Positions 61,386-64,000 of a DNA stretch of 64,000 bases are shown here, piece after piece; position 1 is the first letter of the stretch; the number at the start of each line of letters is the position of its first letter. A program made the translations under genes and the position numbers. This stretch comes from Oculina patagonica (lineage: Eukaryota): positions 36,332,001 through 36,396,000 of the forward strand of contig NC_135758.1 in NCBI RefSeq assembly GCF_052425735.1, written 5' to 3'. A model generated the notes under the pieces. It made no database searches. It was not told where the DNA came from and was given only the letters and a program-made list of their open reading frames with translations.

Positions 61386-63278
61386 GAAAAAAACTTCAAG
61401 TTATCAAGTTCAAGATTGCAAGTAACAGAAGGATGTTTGTTTTGGCATTCCATAAGATGTTTGTACCGTTTGGTTTCATAAGTTTTCAGTTTTGTATGTT
61501 AGGAAGAGGCATCAATTATCAAAGTCTCCCAACATTACTATGAGTGTTATAGGTAGACCAGTATAGAGAATAATTTTTTTCATTACTTAAGCTATAGATT
61601 TTGACTGAAAGGGTAAACAGGAACTGAACTTACAGGTGTAGTAGGATTTACCGCTCCAATCTAAATTTTTCAGAGTGATATTATTGTCTTGTCAGTTTCA
61701 TATTCACCTTTAGTTAATATGTATTTTTTATTATTATTTTGGAACTCTCAATAAGTCTGTTTCCCCAGTCCTATGAAGTTTGGATATTTGAAATTGGACT
61801 GTAATAGTTTTTGAACTGCTTTCTTTTTTTAATATGTTTTCCTTTCTGACTGATGCTTTGTATTTTCACTCTGGCATCTCACTTACAGAAGGACTTCTTG
61901 CAACTTTAAGTTATCTCTTGGAAATGTAGGTGTAAGTGTCTATCTTTAAAAGTAAACCAAAATTGCTGTCTCATTATTCACATTGCCATAGCAGATGTTC
62001 AATAAACACCAAATCAAGTGTCTCAAAGAATAGTAAATAACATTCATGAAAGATAATACCTTAGATTGTAATCTTTCAAAAAAAGTCTATGTAATGGCCA
62101 TGTTTGCCCACATAGTGAGGTCAGAAAGAAGCCAATATTTATCTACACTTGTTGTTCTTCACATTATTCATTCTTTAATCACGCATAATAAACCAGAGTA
62201 ATCTAGGACCTATAAAAGAACACTTTCCCAGCCAAGCTCAGTTGAAATTGTTTACAATTGTTCAACATTCAACTATCTTGGTGCTGGTTACAAGAAAAAA
62301 ACGCAAGGACAGAATGCTAAATTAAAACAAATTTATTTAACGTTTTCTTATAAATAATTATGAAGAAATGTACAGTTCCTATTAAAAGAGTAATTTGCAA
62401 ACAAGTGTCTTGGAGAAAGTTTAGTCACTGCTGGGCCCTCTTTTTCATTTGTAAAGGTTTACTGATTGTCACAGGTTATCTTTTACCCCCGAGGAGGGGG
62501 CACTCCCATATATGAGCTTTTCAGGTATGTGCCTCTGTGAAAGGTATGGCTTTCAAGCAGTTTAGTCTGGGATAGGGTACAGGTTTAGTCTGGGAAAAAA
62601 TTCCAGAATAAGAATAGAAACTGGGAAGAGAAAAAGGCTTTCCTAAACGTAAATAAAATCATTGCGGCAAAGTTGTGCCATTAAAAACACTATAAATACT
62701 ATATAGTGATACAGTCAGTTAATTTGGGAGAGGGTAGGAATTTTCAGACAGAAATTTTTTATGAAAAAATTCTTTCTGGTAGGAATTTTCGGTGACTAGT
62801 CTAGTATAGGGTGGCAAAATTGGCTTAACATGGTGTGGTATAGGGTGGTAAGGGTTTCATTGTTGTTCATTGCGGTACACTACACCCAAAAATTTACAGA
62901 GTACCCCTCCCCCTGGCTTTTACTACTCACACCCCGTCTTCTACACTAACCCCCTCTTCCCCTCTTCTATCCTGCATAGCAGGCGCCGTTGTTTCGAGTG
63001 CGCGTATGGGAAACGCGAAAGGTGCGGGGTAGCCTGCTACGCAGGCTACCTCTCTTCATTATCCGATGATCTGCAAGGAGCAGCTATTTTGGGGTGGTAC
63101 TTTATTCTCTGACTCCCAGAGTCAAAGCGCCAATTTGAAGTGATTGTAGGTTTTTGGCTTCTAGAAATATAATCTCACTTTTTCGACGTTTTTTCTTTCT
63201 TTCTTTTTTCTGCTGTGTAGTATAAACAGGGATTTAGTTTTTATACAGCCAGTTTTTAACCCGCGATCGGCACAAGTG

Positions 63279-63374
63279 GTACCCTGGTTTCCAGAGGGTT
63301 TTTTTTTTGCGGCGACAAAGAGCGGCGAAGCCGCGATCGTCGCCGAAAAAAAAACCCTCTGGCACCCAGGGTAC
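63279..63374. repeat. Short fold-back element
   Basis: Ends gtaccctgg.t.ccagagggttttttttt / aaaaaaaaaccctctggcacccagggtac. Confidence 0.7.
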
Positions 63375-63677
63375 ACAAGTGGCTTCCTGCTACTAAACCT
63401 CGTGTTTATCGCACTTGCAGATAATATTGTTGTTTTTTTCTACATTAAATGTAGAAAAAAAAAACAATTACCGGTAAGCATAAGCATTTCATTTTCCTAG
63501 CAAATCGAATTTGCACGCTTCTCATTAGCCAGAACTGGCCGGCCAGACCAGGCCGTATATTCGAGAACAAAATTCCGTTATTCGTCTGATTTTCCTGTCA
63601 AATCAGTCAATGCAAAAGTTTTAAAGTCAATGCATAAATATTATAAACTGTTTTGACGGGCCTTTTTCACGAAGTTT

Positions 63678-63905
63678 TCACACAAATCCCGCCCCAGATG
63701 AGGAGAACTGGTTCCTAGCCTCCGTCTTCCGCTGATTTGGTGCGTTTCGCGGGCTCAGTGAGTGAATACAAATCCCACCATGCACCTTGGTAAGCTCTCT
63801 TTCGGCTGCCATCATGGTAGGTTCCCGTTTAGAACAAGAAGTAACGAAGAAATCCATCTTCATCTCAGCTTCTAGGCTACTTTTAGACGTTTTGAATAAC
63901 GCTTT
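63678..63905 (-). CDS. Possible terminal exon of an unidentified gene entering from beyond the window
   Basis: AG at 63907-63906 is followed by 75 open codons (KALFKTSKSSLEAEMKMDFF...SSSGAGFV*). No recognisable domain. Confidence 0.25.
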   Translation of the reverse strand, partial: KALFKTSKSSLEAEMKMDFFVTSCSKREPTMMAAERELTKVHGGICIHSLSPRNAPNQRKTEARNQFSSSGAGFV

Positions 63906-64000
63906 CTAGTGTCTGAATATTTACGAAATACTATTTTTGCTTATTTTGACAATTTGCTTAACGTGCAAAGTATGATGTCATGAAATAAATACACGTAGTG

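Overview
AT-rich, intron-containing animal genomic DNA. The SINE/MITE landscape and gene content point to a cnidarian, probably a stony coral (inference). Four conserved multi-exon genes can be spliced by eye: RABGGTB (-, 10 coding exons, 331 aa), SCAI (-, 18 exons, ~580 aa), an NMDA-type ionotropic glutamate receptor subunit (+, 6 exons, ~930 aa, one apparent +1 frameshift) and KLHL20/diablo (+, 3 exons, 594 aa). The most interesting segment lies between SCAI and RABGGTB (~25.5-33.5 kb). It holds three tandem, intronless, unrecognised minus-strand ORFs that share SxSPx(F/L)xxK(R/K) and RRN(S/A)IC-x2-LMPAE-x4-(L/I)P-x-LEL motifs. Two carry a PKA phospho-site (RRNS). The third carries a PKI-type pseudosubstrate (RRNAI) followed by an NES-like motif, plus 60-aa repeats with PxIxIT-like motifs. 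Their promoters have CRE-TATA-Inr or CArG-CCAAT modules, and a ~1.9-kb minisatellite between them is dense in E-boxes and D-boxes. This suggests a signal- or clock-inducible PKA/calcineurin regulator family (hypothesis only). The first 16 kb is mostly repeats and gene relics.
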